The notes: a model not told the origin generated them from the sequence alone. A stretch of DNA of 64,000 nucleotides from Candidatus Woesearchaeota archaeon (GCA_019322805.1 JAHWIC010000001.1:132150-196149), one strand, 5' to 3'. Numbered from the stretch's first letter, positions 19,713-28,871 are shown. Program-made: numbers and translations.

Positions 19713-20825
19713 TTAGGGATATCTAGGTGGTATATAAATGTATCGATTTTTGTGGTCGATGAAGTTATTTTTTAGGGTGGGTTTAATACAGTCCCGGTAT
19801 ATCTTACATTTAGAACAAGGTATATCCTTTCTTTCTTTCTTCCTACCCAACAACATTTTTTTTGTATAGATGTACTTTTCACTTTTTAAGCAGGTCTCTA
19901 GACCTAACTCAAAAACATTTCCAAAGTCGCCCCAAATATTAGTACAACACCCAAGAAGTTTACCATCCCAATTAATCTGGGGCAAAGACCAAAGCTGGTC
20001 GCAGAACATCAAGTTATCTTTTTTATGTCTTTTTCTAAATTCTTCCCTTGATGCGACATCCAATCCACTTTCTCTTTTAACGAAGTCCTTGTCTTTAACA
20101 GGAGAATAAGAAGGAGTGTGATTTAAAGTTGCTTTGAAGCTCATACCTAAATTTTTAGCTAATTTTTTTGCAATAGGCAATTCGTGCTCATTATGACCGA
20201 ATATTACAAACTGCCAACTTAATTTTGGAAACTTTGTATTATATTTCTTCTTATAATAGTTTATTCTTTTTATATTCTCAATTACTTTATTTAAGTTGCC
20301 TCCCCTTCGGTACATCTGGTATGTCTTATTTGTTGCTCCATCTATAGAGATGCTGAGGTACCTGAATCTATATTTGGTCAAATACCTTATTGTTTCTTCA
20401 CTTACTGTATTTAAATTGACACCATTTTCTGCATCTAACGCAATATTTTTGGCATAGGCATATTTAATGATGGAATTTAATTCTGGATTCAGAAACATTT
20501 CCCCCCAGTTAGACAATTCTATACTCTTTATCCTTGGGTTATCATCTACAAATTTCTTGAAATCTCTAAATTTTAGGTATCCCCACCCAATCACTCCTTT
20601 TCTGAGTTTTCCTTTACTTGTAGGGCATATTGGACACTTAAGTTGGCACATACTTGAGGCTTCTAACCGAACGCTATTTCCAATCATTCCATACTCAGCT
20701 AACTCCTTAATCATCTTAGGAATATCCTTTCTAATTCTAGAATATGGACATGGAACATTAACCATATAATAAAAAATAGAAATCACTTTTATAAAGATTA
20801 TTCTTTTATCAATAAAATAAAACAA
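19713..20825 (-). CDS. Radical SAM enzyme with a C-terminal SPASM/twitch-like Cys-rich domain. The real start is probably the internal Met at about 20765.
   Basis: It carries a CQLKCPIC motif (CxxxCxxC) and a C-terminal cysteine cluster (CDQLW...GCCTN...C...CSKCKIYRDC). The first 20 residues are hydrophobic junk. Confidence 0.7.
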   Translation of the reverse strand: MFYFIDKRIIFIKVISIFYYMVNVPCPYSRIRKDIPKMIKELAEYGMIGNSVRLEASSMCQLKCPICPTSKGKLRKGVIGWGYLKFRDFKKFVDDNPRIKSIELSNWGEMFLNPELNSIIKYAYAKNIALDAENGVNLNTVSEETIRYLTKYRFRYLSISIDGATNKTYQMYRRGGNLNKVIENIKRINYYKKKYNTKFPKLSWQFVIFGHNEHELPIAKKLAKNLGMSFKATLNHTPSYSPVKDKDFVKRESGLDVASREEFRKRHKKDNLMFCDQLWSLPQINWDGKLLGCCTNIWGDFGNVFELGLETCLKSEKYIYTKKMLLGRKKERKDIPCSKCKIYRDCIKPTLKNNFIDHKNRYIYIPPRYP

Positions 20826-20828
20826 AAA

Positions 20829-21314
20829 TCAACCAAATATCTTCCTTATCGCTCCCATCAAGCCTTTTCTTTCTGGCTGTTTTGGTTCTGTGGCAATAGG
20901 CTCATTGTAGATTGTTATATCGCGGTTGATTTGCTCTATCTTGCTGTTCAAGCGGCGCATATCTACTCTAAGAAGCCTTCTGTTTGTCAGCAATAACAGC
21001 ATTTTCTTATCTTTGCTTATTAGAATGTTGTCGAATTTGCTTGGTTCTGTGCCTGGCAGAATAAACTTGTTAATGTAATATTTCCAGTCTGTATTATATT
21101 CTTCATCCATTTTTACTAATTCGAGGATAATTCCGACATCACGGTAATTGCTCATGCTTTTTTCCATTTTTTCCCTGGTTAATCCGAAATCATTGTAGAG
21201 CTTTATCACGTCTATATCCCTTATACTTTGGTCGAACATAATTACCTGTTTTACATTTTTATTAATAGAGCTAAACTCCTTTATTCTAGATATCATTTCA
21301 TCCATTAAAACCAC
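20829..21314 (-). CDS. Hypothetical protein co-oriented with and adjoining the radical SAM gene (4-nt gap).
   Basis: 161-aa ORF with native composition and no recognisable motifs. Confidence 0.45.
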   Translation of the reverse strand: MVLMDEMISRIKEFSSINKNVKQVIMFDQSIRDIDVIKLYNDFGLTREKMEKSMSNYRDVGIILELVKMDEEYNTDWKYYINKFILPGTEPSKFDNILISKDKKMLLLLTNRRLLRVDMRRLNSKIEQINRDITIYNEPIATEPKQPERKGLMGAIRKIFG

Positions 21315-21423
21315 CTTTTTTTATGATGATATTAATAATGCATAATTAGTATTTAAAGGTTTTTACTTATTTGCGTTGTTTAGAAAGATAGCTATTTAAA
21401 AGGCATAATATTCTAAAGATAAA

Positions 21424-21738
21424 ATGCCAGAATTAAGATATGTTGAAGTCAAATATAGAAGCTCAGATGGTAAAGTTCCAGAAGCAGTAGCTGAAATATT
21501 GATACAACATATTGGAAATATACCTCCCGGACACAGGGTAGGAGGCGAAATGGGTACCTATAGGACTATGTTCCCTTTATACGAACCTGATGCAAAAGAA
21601 GTTGCTGAAGCTTGTGAAGGATTAGACGGTGTTGTTGGTATTGAAGTTAAGAAAGAAAAAGATGTTTCTGAGAGAGAGCGATGGGAAGCTATTATAGGAA
21701 CAGCAGATTTGAGGAGCCAGAGACCCCCAGAGAAGTAA
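21424..21738 (+). CDS. Hypothetical small protein of atypical composition.
   Basis: 104 aa, Gly/Val/Glu/Arg-rich (EGLDGVVGIEV...), unlike neighbouring genes. Confidence 0.45.
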   Translation: MPELRYVEVKYRSSDGKVPEAVAEILIQHIGNIPPGHRVGGEMGTYRTMFPLYEPDAKEVAEACEGLDGVVGIEVKKEKDVSERERWEAIIGTADLRSQRPPEK

Positions 21739-21783
21739 TATTTCTACAAAAATTTATTAAATAAGCATTAACATATTATCCTT

Positions 21784-21921
21784 ATGTACCGCAGATATAT
21801 TGAATCTGAAACGAGCAAATGCCCAAAATGCGGGCATCAGATTAAGTCATGGGAGTATAAATGCCCTAAGTGCGGCACAGAAAGAAAAGAGGAAAAAAAA
21901 GAAATTAGTCTATCAGAATAG
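21784..21921 (+). CDS. Small CPxCG zinc-ribbon protein (45 aa), missing from the ORF track.
   Basis: MYRRYIESETSKCPKCGHQIKSWEYKCPKCGTERKEEKKEISLSE has two CPKCG knuckles. It overlaps the leuS 3' end on the opposite strand. Confidence 0.45.
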   Translation: MYRRYIESETSKCPKCGHQIKSWEYKCPKCGTERKEEKKEISLSE

Positions 21922-24556
21922 CAGGCTTTCCAGGGCTTGCGTTTCTTGCTTTTGCTTCTTTGCTGTCTTCTGATTTAACAATCTCAACATCGCAGTTAAA
22001 TTCTTTCTTAATAAAATCCTTAGCTTCCTCTAATGTTTTAAGCTCTGTTTCCTGGTCAAGAACCACCTGAGGGATCTTGGTGGTGTCTTTAATTAATGAA
22101 GGGACTAATTTTGAAATGTCAGAACCATGCGGCTTTAAGTCCTTTTCAGCCATGCATACTGAGATTAGCGCTTTTGCATCTCTAGTTTTTTCTATTTCTT
22201 TCTTTATGATGCTCATAAACAGATATTTCCAAGCTGGCGATATAATTAAAGTAATCTTTCCTGGTTTATCCACCTTGATTAGCTTTAAAACGCGATTAAT
22301 ATCAGATATTGTAGTATGAATCATATCTTCCGAAGCTTCTGCTTTGTCATCTATTTTTTTCTCGTCATATTCTGGCCAGCTAGCAAGAGAAACGAATGGC
22401 TTATTTCCAAGCCTTTCCCACATCTCCTCGCAAGTATGAGGAACAAAAACACTCATTAGCTTAACTAATCTTTCAAGCACAGACTTATTTACAGTTTCTT
22501 TAGAATAAAGATAATTCGTAAGCTCCATAAGGCTGATTACAGCCATATTGAATTTCATTCCTTCGATATATTCTGTAACCTCTTTTATTGTCTTGTTTAT
22601 CTTGCTTTCCTGTTTTGCATCAACTTCATCAACCAATTTCTTATCAACTAAACTATAAAGTTTATTTAAGAATCTAAAGCTGCCTTCAACTCCTTCATCA
22701 TTCCATTCCATATCCTTGTCAGGACCTGCAACAAACAGCAAAAACAGCCTGCCTGTATCAATTCCATATTTATTGGAGACTTCCTCAGGCAAAACAACAT
22801 TTCCTTTTGATTTTGACATTACTACTCCATTTTTATGCAGCATTCCTTGATTGAATAATGTTTTAGCCGGCTCATCAAAGTCTAATAGACCCAAATCGCG
22901 AAGGAATTTTGTATAGAATCTAAAATAGATAAGATGCATACAAGCATGCTCTTTTCCGCCTATATACATGTCAACAGGCATCCAATACTTTACTTTTTTA
23001 GGGTCAAAGATTTTTTTGTCATTATGTGCATCACAATACCTTAAGAAATACCACGAACTGTTAACAAAGGTGTCCATTGTGTCTGTCTCGCGCTTTGCAT
23101 TTCCGCCACATTTAGGACATTTAACATTAACAAAAGGTTTGTAGCCAACTAATGGATTTTTTGCACTTGTGAATTTTATGTCTTCTGGCAGTTTAACAGG
23201 CAAATCCTTCTCAGGAACAGGCATGATGCCGCACTCATCGCAATAGATTATTGGTATTGGTGTTCCCCAGAAACGCTGCCTTGAAACTAACCAATCTCTC
23301 AGCTTGTATTGTGTGGTAAACCTGCCACACTTACGCTTCTCTAAGAACTTTGTAATTTCTTCGATTGCATCACGGTTATTCATCCCGTCAAACTGCTGAG
23401 AATTGACCATATTGCCGTCTCCCATATATGCACGAGACATCTTTTTTGGGTCTAGCTCATAATCGGGGGGGTTTAATATAACTTTAATAGGTATATTATA
23501 CTTCTTTGCAAACTCAAAATCACGCTGGTCATGTGCAGGCACAGCAATTATAGCTCCAGTACCATACTCATAAAGAACAAAATTAGCAATATAGATAGGG
23601 ACCTTTTCCTTGGTTATAGGATTTATTGCATATCTGCCAATAAACATCCCTTCTTTTTCCTTGTCTTCTGCAGTACGCTCAAACTTATCTTCCATTATAA
23701 CTTTTTTCACAAATTCTGTGACTGCTTTTTCCTGCTCAGTTCCTTTAACTAACTCTGCAACATCAGGATGCTCAGGAGCATAAACAAGGAATGTTATGCC
23801 AAAAAAGGTATCTGCTCTTGTTGTGAAAACAGTTAATTTCTTGTCAGAACCTTCAATCTCAAAATCCATCAAGGTTCCGCGACTTTTTCCTATCCAGTTT
23901 GTCTGCATTATCTTTACATCTTCGCTCCAGTCAAGCTTAGCAGTATCCTTCAATAACTCCTCAGCGTAATCGGTTATTTTAAGGAACCATTGATTAAGCT
24001 CTTTTAATTCAACCAGTGTATCAGTATGTCTCCAGCATTTGCCATCATGTACTTGCTCATTAGCTAAAACGGTGTTACACTTAGGGCACCAATTTGCAAA
24101 AGCCTTTCTTTTGTAAGCAAGACCTTTCTCGTACATCTTAAGAAATATCCATTGATCCCATTTATAGTAATCCGGCTTATGCGTTTCAACCATGCGATCC
24201 CAATCATAACTTAAGCCAAGGCTCTTTTGCTGTTTTATGAAAGTAGCAATAGATTTCTCTGTAAAGATCTTTGGATGGCTCTTTTCCTTAATAGCAGCGT
24301 TCTCTGCAGGCAATCCTAATGAATCATAGCCCATTGGATAAAGAACATTAAAGCCCTGCATACGCTTGAATCTTGCAAACGCGTCACCAATGCAGTAATT
24401 CCTTGCATGGCCCATATGCAATCCCGACCCACTTGGATAAGGATACATCTCTAGAACATAATACTTCTTTTTCTTGGGGTCTTCCTTTACCTTGAATATT
24501 CCCTTGTCTGCCCATTTCTTCTGCCATTTTTGGGCTATTTTATTGAAGTCTGTCAT
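21905..24556 (-). CDS. leuS: Leucyl-tRNA synthetase.
   Basis: 883 aa, HMGHARNY (HIGH-type) and KMSKS (VMSKSKGN) class I motifs, CP1 editing domain. Confidence 0.95.
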   Translation of the reverse strand: MTDFNKIAQKWQKKWADKGIFKVKEDPKKKKYYVLEMYPYPSGSGLHMGHARNYCIGDAFARFKRMQGFNVLYPMGYDSLGLPAENAAIKEKSHPKIFTEKSIATFIKQQKSLGLSYDWDRMVETHKPDYYKWDQWIFLKMYEKGLAYKRKAFANWCPKCNTVLANEQVHDGKCWRHTDTLVELKELNQWFLKITDYAEELLKDTAKLDWSEDVKIMQTNWIGKSRGTLMDFEIEGSDKKLTVFTTRADTFFGITFLVYAPEHPDVAELVKGTEQEKAVTEFVKKVIMEDKFERTAEDKEKEGMFIGRYAINPITKEKVPIYIANFVLYEYGTGAIIAVPAHDQRDFEFAKKYNIPIKVILNPPDYELDPKKMSRAYMGDGNMVNSQQFDGMNNRDAIEEITKFLEKRKCGRFTTQYKLRDWLVSRQRFWGTPIPIIYCDECGIMPVPEKDLPVKLPEDIKFTSAKNPLVGYKPFVNVKCPKCGGNAKRETDTMDTFVNSSWYFLRYCDAHNDKKIFDPKKVKYWMPVDMYIGGKEHACMHLIYFRFYTKFLRDLGLLDFDEPAKTLFNQGMLHKNGVVMSKSKGNVVLPEEVSNKYGIDTGRLFLLFVAGPDKDMEWNDEGVEGSFRFLNKLYSLVDKKLVDEVDAKQESKINKTIKEVTEYIEGMKFNMAVISLMELTNYLYSKETVNKSVLERLVKLMSVFVPHTCEEMWERLGNKPFVSLASWPEYDEKKIDDKAEASEDMIHTTISDINRVLKLIKVDKPGKITLIISPAWKYLFMSIIKKEIEKTRDAKALISVCMAEKDLKPHGSDISKLVPSLIKDTTKIPQVVLDQETELKTLEEAKDFIKKEFNCDVEIVKSEDSKEAKARNASPGKPAILID

Positions 24557-24609
24557 AAGAGTTAGAAAATAGCAGGTTTATTTAAAGTTTTAGAAAAAGA
24601 AAAAATAAT

Positions 24610-24807
24610 TTAGAATTTCTTAAACTGCGCAGCAGTATCGATTAAATCAACATGGCCCATGAACATTGCTCTGCAGCAATAACGTTCTAAGCCAAGTTCG
24701 TCCATTACCTTTTTGCGCTCTTCGCCATTTGCGGTCTTTTCCTTATAAGGCTCCCATAAATGGCCTATTGGTTTTCCGCAACTCCAGCATCTGATTGGTA
24801 TTATCAT
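24610..24807 (-). CDS. rpoN: DNA-directed RNA polymerase subunit N (Rpb10 homolog).
   Basis: MIIPIRCWSCGKPIGHLWEPY...ELGLERYCCRAMFMGHVDLID is the canonical RpoN sequence. The track's upstream extension (to 24858) is probably not translated. Confidence 0.85.
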   Translation of the reverse strand: MIIPIRCWSCGKPIGHLWEPYKEKTANGEERKKVMDELGLERYCCRAMFMGHVDLIDTAAQFKKF

Positions 24808-24817
24808 TTTTACCTCT

Positions 24818-25213
24818 CTACCTGTATGATTTTTGTTTTTTTGCTCGTGCTTTACCACGGCAATTTGGCTTATGTGTTTCCTTCCTTCTCACATCAGCAA
24901 CCAAAAAATTACGATCATAATTCAAAAATGCCTTTTCAAGCTTTTTATCATAAGCAACCAAAGCTCTTGCTGCAGCAAGCCTTGCTGCTTCTGCCTGTGA
25001 GTTAATTCCCCCACCCATTACATCAATGCTGATGTCGACTTTGCTTAAAGTAACTCCGGCTAAAAGTAATGGCTCACGAAGCTTTAATCTTGATAACTTA
25101 GGCTTGTATTCATCCAACACTATATTATTTATTTTCACGATTCCCTTGCCTTCTTTTAAAGTAGCGCGTGCAATAGCTGTCTTTCTTTTTCCTGATTTAT
25201 GGATTATTTTCAT
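24818..25213 (-). CDS. rps9: 30S ribosomal protein S9 (uS9).
   Basis: 131 aa ending ...ARAKKQKSYR, typical uS9 C-terminus. Confidence 0.9.
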   Translation of the reverse strand: MKIIHKSGKRKTAIARATLKEGKGIVKINNIVLDEYKPKLSRLKLREPLLLAGVTLSKVDISIDVMGGGINSQAEAARLAAARALVAYDKKLEKAFLNYDRNFLVADVRRKETHKPNCRGKARAKKQKSYR

Positions 25214-25623
25214 TTGGACCTCATTAATCTGCAGATATCTCCTGCTGTTTTGTACTTTAGATAAGGTAATTTCGAAACATTAGCTTGCTTAATTGTATCT
25301 GCCTTTTGGTCTTTAAGCTTTGCAGGAACACCGATCCAGCACTTTATATTTCTGAATGCCTTTTTTCCTCGCTCTGTTTTGTATGGAATCATCCCTCTTA
25401 TTGTCCTTCTTACAAGCATGTCTGGCATTCTTGGAAAATAAGGGCCTTGAAGTGGAATTCCACGCTGTATTTTTCTTAGATAATCTTTATAGACCTGGTC
25501 TTTCTTGCCTGAGATAACTGATTTTTCGCTATTTATAATTTCTATTTTCTCACCTAGCAAAGCCTTTTTTGCAGCGAATGATGCAAGCCTTCCTAAAATC
25601 AAGTCTGTTGCGTCTATGATCAT
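25210..25623 (-). CDS. rpl13: 50S ribosomal protein L13 (uL13).
   Basis: 137 aa, MIIDATDLILGRLAS... uL13 N-terminus. Confidence 0.9.
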   Translation of the reverse strand: MIIDATDLILGRLASFAAKKALLGEKIEIINSEKSVISGKKDQVYKDYLRKIQRGIPLQGPYFPRMPDMLVRRTIRGMIPYKTERGKKAFRNIKCWIGVPAKLKDQKADTIKQANVSKLPYLKYKTAGDICRLMRSK

Positions 25624-25624
25624 T

Positions 25625-25987
25625 TTAACCGATTATCCTTATCTTTTTGCCTTTAGGGTCTTCCTTAAGCAATTCTGATATCTGGACTATTTTCGAGCCT
25701 GATTTCTGGATCTTGTCTTTGGCTGCGCCTGAAAACTTAAAAGCTGCTATCGTGAGTTTTTGATTCAGGTCTCCACCAGCAAGGACTTTTCCTGGCACAA
25801 CGACTGTTTCATTCTCCTTTGCATACCTATCTATTCTTGAAAGATTTACTATTCTTCTGTCCCTTGTAGGTCTCTCTAGATCTGTAGCTATTCTTTTCCA
25901 TAAAGGAATCTTTTTCTCTATTGATTGTTTCTTCAATTCACTTATTAAACCCAAAAGACTTGGGTTTGTTGGTCCTGTTGTCTTCAT
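25625..25987 (-). CDS. rpl18e: 50S ribosomal protein L18e (eL18).
   Basis: 120 aa. Its position upstream of L13-S9-rpoN matches the conserved archaeal operon. Confidence 0.8.
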   Translation of the reverse strand: MKTTGPTNPSLLGLISELKKQSIEKKIPLWKRIATDLERPTRDRRIVNLSRIDRYAKENETVVVPGKVLAGGDLNQKLTIAAFKFSGAAKDKIQKSGSKIVQISELLKEDPKGKKIRIIG

Positions 25988-26005
25988 TTTGATTTATTTT
26001 TATAA

Positions 26006-26060
26006 TGCGGGAGACGGGTCTTACGAGCCATAATTCCTCCGGAATTAACGGCATTCGAAG
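26006..26060 (-). repeat. 55-nt direct duplicate of the 3' portion of the adjacent tRNA-Leu(GAG) gene (T-loop + T-arm intron + acceptor 3' strand + discriminator).
   Basis: Identical to 26135-26189. Homology extends degenerately about 10 nt further (GCTGCG-TCGGC vs GCTGCGCGGG). Confidence 0.7.
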
Positions 26061-26135
26061 CCGACGCAGCTGAAAAGTCAGCTGGCACCTTCGTGGGTTT
26101 CCTCGCTTCGCTCGTCAAGCCCACTTAACTATGAT

Positions 26136-26281
26136 GCGGGAGACGGGTCTTACGAGCCATAATTCCTCCGGAATTAACGGCATTCGAACCCGCGCAGCCA
26201 CTAAGGCACAAGGCCCTCAACCTTGCTCATTTGACCATTACAGCCTTAAGCAAATGCTCAAAGGTCTCTGACACCCCCGCA
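26136..26281 (-). tRNA. tRNA-Leu(GAG) (class II) interrupted by two non-canonical introns. Intron 1 is in the D-loop (about 26239-26263, 25 nt). Intron 2 lies between the T-loop and the T-stem 3' strand (about 26148-26182, 34 nt).
   Basis: Minus strand: acceptor GCGGGGG/CTCCCGC + A73; D-stem TCA/TGA; D-loop GAGACC[intron]TGGTCAAA; anticodon arm CAAGG-TTGAGGG-CCTTG; variable arm GCC-TTAGT-GGC; T-arm GCGGG-TTCGAAT-[intron]-CCCGT. The mature length is 87 nt. Confidence 0.7.
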
Positions 26282-26292
26282 TAAGCAGGAGT

Positions 26293-27078
26293 TTATTTTG
26301 CAATATTTGTGGCTAACTCGTCAAGCTGCTCCTTGAAAACCTTTGCAGCTTCTAAGACCATTTTCTTAGGGTCAAGCTGACCCCATGACTCTATATAAAA
26401 AACAAATTCTGTATTATCACAGTTGAGTTTTATGCCTTCATCTGCATCAGAGCATGCTTCGCATAGATGGCAGTTAAGCAATTTATCCTTGTTTATTACA
26501 AGCTTTCCTTCTTTTAGCTCAAATATGTTTACTGGGCAAGCTTCTACAACAGCCTCAGGATTTTTCACATGCCCAATCTCAATTGATGGCCTATATTTGT
26601 AATAAACCAAGCCTGGGCTCCACTTCATATGTTCCTTGCCTTGACCTAGCACTGCTGTTGCCTCTATTTCTATATCCTGTCCCTTAAGCAGCTTCACTAT
26701 AGGAAGCTTAGGATGAACTGGCTTTATTGCTGAATCCTTTGACTTTATGTCTGAAGCGTAAACCACAGCAGGACCTTTTGCCTTCAAGGTCATCTTAAGC
26801 TGGCATCTTGCACAGCCTTCACCCTTGCACTTGCATTTTTCTGGTAGATTGTATGACTTAATGTCTGTTGTTAGAGGTATCAAGCCAAGCCTATGCGCTA
26901 CCATCTCGTCGTATAGGATTGAGTTGTTTTTTCTTAACTCAACATTCTCAATCGCCATTACAGGCACTTCTTCTGATGTCAACCTACGTAAAGCATTCGC
27001 AAAGGCTGGTGTTGATCCCTTTAAAATAAAAGATAATTTTCCAGCTTCTTTGTCCTTTTCGAGCATTCGTATTTCCAT
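26293..27078 (-). CDS. rpoD: DNA-directed RNA polymerase subunit D (Rpb3 homolog) with an Fe-S (ferredoxin-like) insert.
   Basis: 261 aa, cysteine clusters CKCKGEGCARC and CHLCEACS, conserved position before S11-S4-S13. Confidence 0.9.
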   Translation of the reverse strand: MEIRMLEKDKEAGKLSFILKGSTPAFANALRRLTSEEVPVMAIENVELRKNNSILYDEMVAHRLGLIPLTTDIKSYNLPEKCKCKGEGCARCQLKMTLKAKGPAVVYASDIKSKDSAIKPVHPKLPIVKLLKGQDIEIEATAVLGQGKEHMKWSPGLVYYKYRPSIEIGHVKNPEAVVEACPVNIFELKEGKLVINKDKLLNCHLCEACSDADEGIKLNCDNTEFVFYIESWGQLDPKKMVLEAAKVFKEQLDELATNIAK

Positions 27079-27479
27079 TATACCCTTCTACCCCTCCTTG
27101 CATCTTTTTTTCTGCAACCATCATGAGGTACAGGAGTGACATCCTCTATTATGCCGATGCGCAAGCCCATTCTTGATAAAGCCCTCACAGCAGCTTGAGC
27201 GCCAGGTCCTGGGTTATTTGGGCCGTTATGGCCGCCAGGAGCCCTTATCTTAACATGAATTGCATTGATCCCTTTTTCAAGAGCTGTTTCTGCAGCCCTT
27301 TTTGCAGCAGTCATTGCAGCTGTTGGTGATGATTCCATTCTATCTGATTTTACAACCATTCCTCCAGAAGCCATTGCAAGGGTTTCTGTTCCAGTGATAT
27401 CAGTAATATGGATTATTGTGTTATTGTAAGAGGCATATATGTGTGCAATACCCCATCTAGCTCCTTCATACCTTGGCAT
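27078..27479 (-). CDS. rps11: 30S ribosomal protein S11 (uS11).
   Basis: 133 aa, [18 protein letters not shown]... uS11. Confidence 0.9.
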   Translation of the reverse strand: MPRYEGARWGIAHIYASYNNTIIHITDITGTETLAMASGGMVVKSDRMESSPTAAMTAAKRAAETALEKGINAIHVKIRAPGGHNGPNNPGPGAQAAVRALSRMGLRIGIIEDVTPVPHDGCRKKDARRGRRV

Positions 27480-27481
27480 TC

Positions 27482-28159
27482 TTATTTCTCCTCCTTAGTT
27501 TCTTCCTTCTTCTCTTTTGGTTTTTTCTCTTCTTTTGATTCCTTTTTCTCTTCCTTCTTTTTTTCACTCTTAGCCCTTCTCTTCCTTCCTTGTTTCTTCT
27601 TTGGAGATTTCTTTTTTTCTTCTTCTTTTTTGGCTGGCTTTTTTTCTTCAACAGCCCTTTCTGGATGATCAGGATTTGATAGTGCAGATCCAGTTCCAAA
27701 ATTTATTGAAGCTTCTTCATCCCTTGATACAAGATAAGAAGGTGAGGTGATGTTCTTACCACCAACGTAGACGTGGTTATGGCTTATGAATTGTCTTGCT
27801 TGCTTTACTGATCTTGCCAGGTTTCTCTTGAAAACCAATGTCTGTAGTCTTCTGTTCATTATATCCTTAAGGGTTATTGTCAATACATCCTCAAGTTTTG
27901 AATCCTTTTCAAGCAAAGCCAATGAATATAATTTTGCTAAGAGTTGAGCTCTTTCAATCTCAGACTGTTTTGTTTGAATGGTGGTTAGTTTCTTTGCTTG
28001 CTCATAGAATTTCTTTAGGATGGAATTCATCTTCCATATCTCACGCTTATTCTTCAGGCCATATTCTTTAAAAAGGGTCTTTTCCTCGTCTATCCTGCTC
28101 TTCTGCCAGGGGTGAGTTGGAGGATAGAACTTCTTTTTCTGTTTCTTTATATCTCCCAT
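27482..28159 (-). CDS. rps4: 30S ribosomal protein S4 (uS4) with a lysine/glutamate-rich C-terminal extension.
   Basis: 225 aa. The S4 domain is followed by [14 protein letters not shown]...KEEK. Confidence 0.9.
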   Translation of the reverse strand: MGDIKKQKKKFYPPTHPWQKSRIDEEKTLFKEYGLKNKREIWKMNSILKKFYEQAKKLTTIQTKQSEIERAQLLAKLYSLALLEKDSKLEDVLTITLKDIMNRRLQTLVFKRNLARSVKQARQFISHNHVYVGGKNITSPSYLVSRDEEASINFGTGSALSNPDHPERAVEEKKPAKKEEEKKKSPKKKQGRKRRAKSEKKKEEKKESKEEKKPKEKKEETKEEK

Positions 28160-28161
28160 TT

Positions 28162-28644
28162 TTATACCCTACCTGCCTTTGTTCCTGCTTTCTTCTTTAC
28201 GCCAAGAGATACCTTGCCCTTGTTTTTCCTGAAGTTTGATTTTGTACGCTGGCCTCTTACCGGCAATCCGTAAGCATGCCTCATTCCTCTGTAGCATCTT
28301 ATCTTCTTAAGGATCTTTATGTCTGTTTCATGCTGGAATTTCAGGTTGCCAGTAAGCAAATGCTTTGATGTACCGTCATCAAGGTCTTTCCTTCTATTGA
28401 GCAGCCATTCAGGCAAATTAAATTTTGATGGGCTGTCTATTATGTCACTTAGTTTTTTTATCTCTGAGTCATTTAGGTTGCCTGCTTTTTTAGTATGACT
28501 GATGCCTGATACATTGCATACAGCATTTGAGAACATGAAGCTAACTCCTTTTATCTTTCTAAGAGCCTGCAAAATAGGTTTATTTCCATCTAGGTCTGTG
28601 TTTGCAATACGTATTATGTGCTTGAAATCCTTTTCTTCTGGCAT
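28162..28644 (-). CDS. rps13: 30S ribosomal protein S13 (uS13).
   Basis: 160 aa, IRIANTDLDGNKPILQAL... uS13. Confidence 0.9.
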   Translation of the reverse strand: MPEEKDFKHIIRIANTDLDGNKPILQALRKIKGVSFMFSNAVCNVSGISHTKKAGNLNDSEIKKLSDIIDSPSKFNLPEWLLNRRKDLDDGTSKHLLTGNLKFQHETDIKILKKIRCYRGMRHAYGLPVRGQRTKSNFRKNKGKVSLGVKKKAGTKAGRV

Positions 28645-28768
28645 TTTGTTATTATGGCTTATAGAATTCTAAGAGAACCCTACAAGCGCTATTCACTCGG
28701 GTTTTATGTTGGGAACTCTGGGCGATTTATAAAGGTTATGATTAATCAGAGTTGACGCTGTTAATTAA

Positions 28769-28851
28769 AATACATACATTGTGTGTAAAAGAAGGTTATA
28801 TAAGATTACATACACTGTGTGTATTGGTGACTTGTATGAGTAAAATTTATA
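28769..28851 (+). promoter_or_regulatory. tRNA promoter region: two copies of the quasi-palindromic motif ACATACAyTGTGTGTA (28769-28786 and 28805-28825), then a TATA box AAATTTATAA (28842-28851) about 21 nt before the tRNA.
   Basis: Same motif as at 41615-41634 and 56104-56123. Confidence 0.5.
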
Positions 28852-28871
28852 AGGTACCTAAGAACACTTAA

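Noticed and set aside
26006-26075. Second tRNA gene suggested by the second TTCGAAT T-loop hairpin.
   Set aside because: No 5' acceptor strand, D-arm or anticodon arm can be found upstream of it. Interpreted as a duplicated 3' fragment (att-like repeat or relic), not a complete gene.
27466-27699. 77-aa Lys/Arg-rich ORF overlapping the S4 gene.
   Set aside because: Alternative frame of the KE-rich S4 tail. The S4 frame is the one continuous with the conserved domain.
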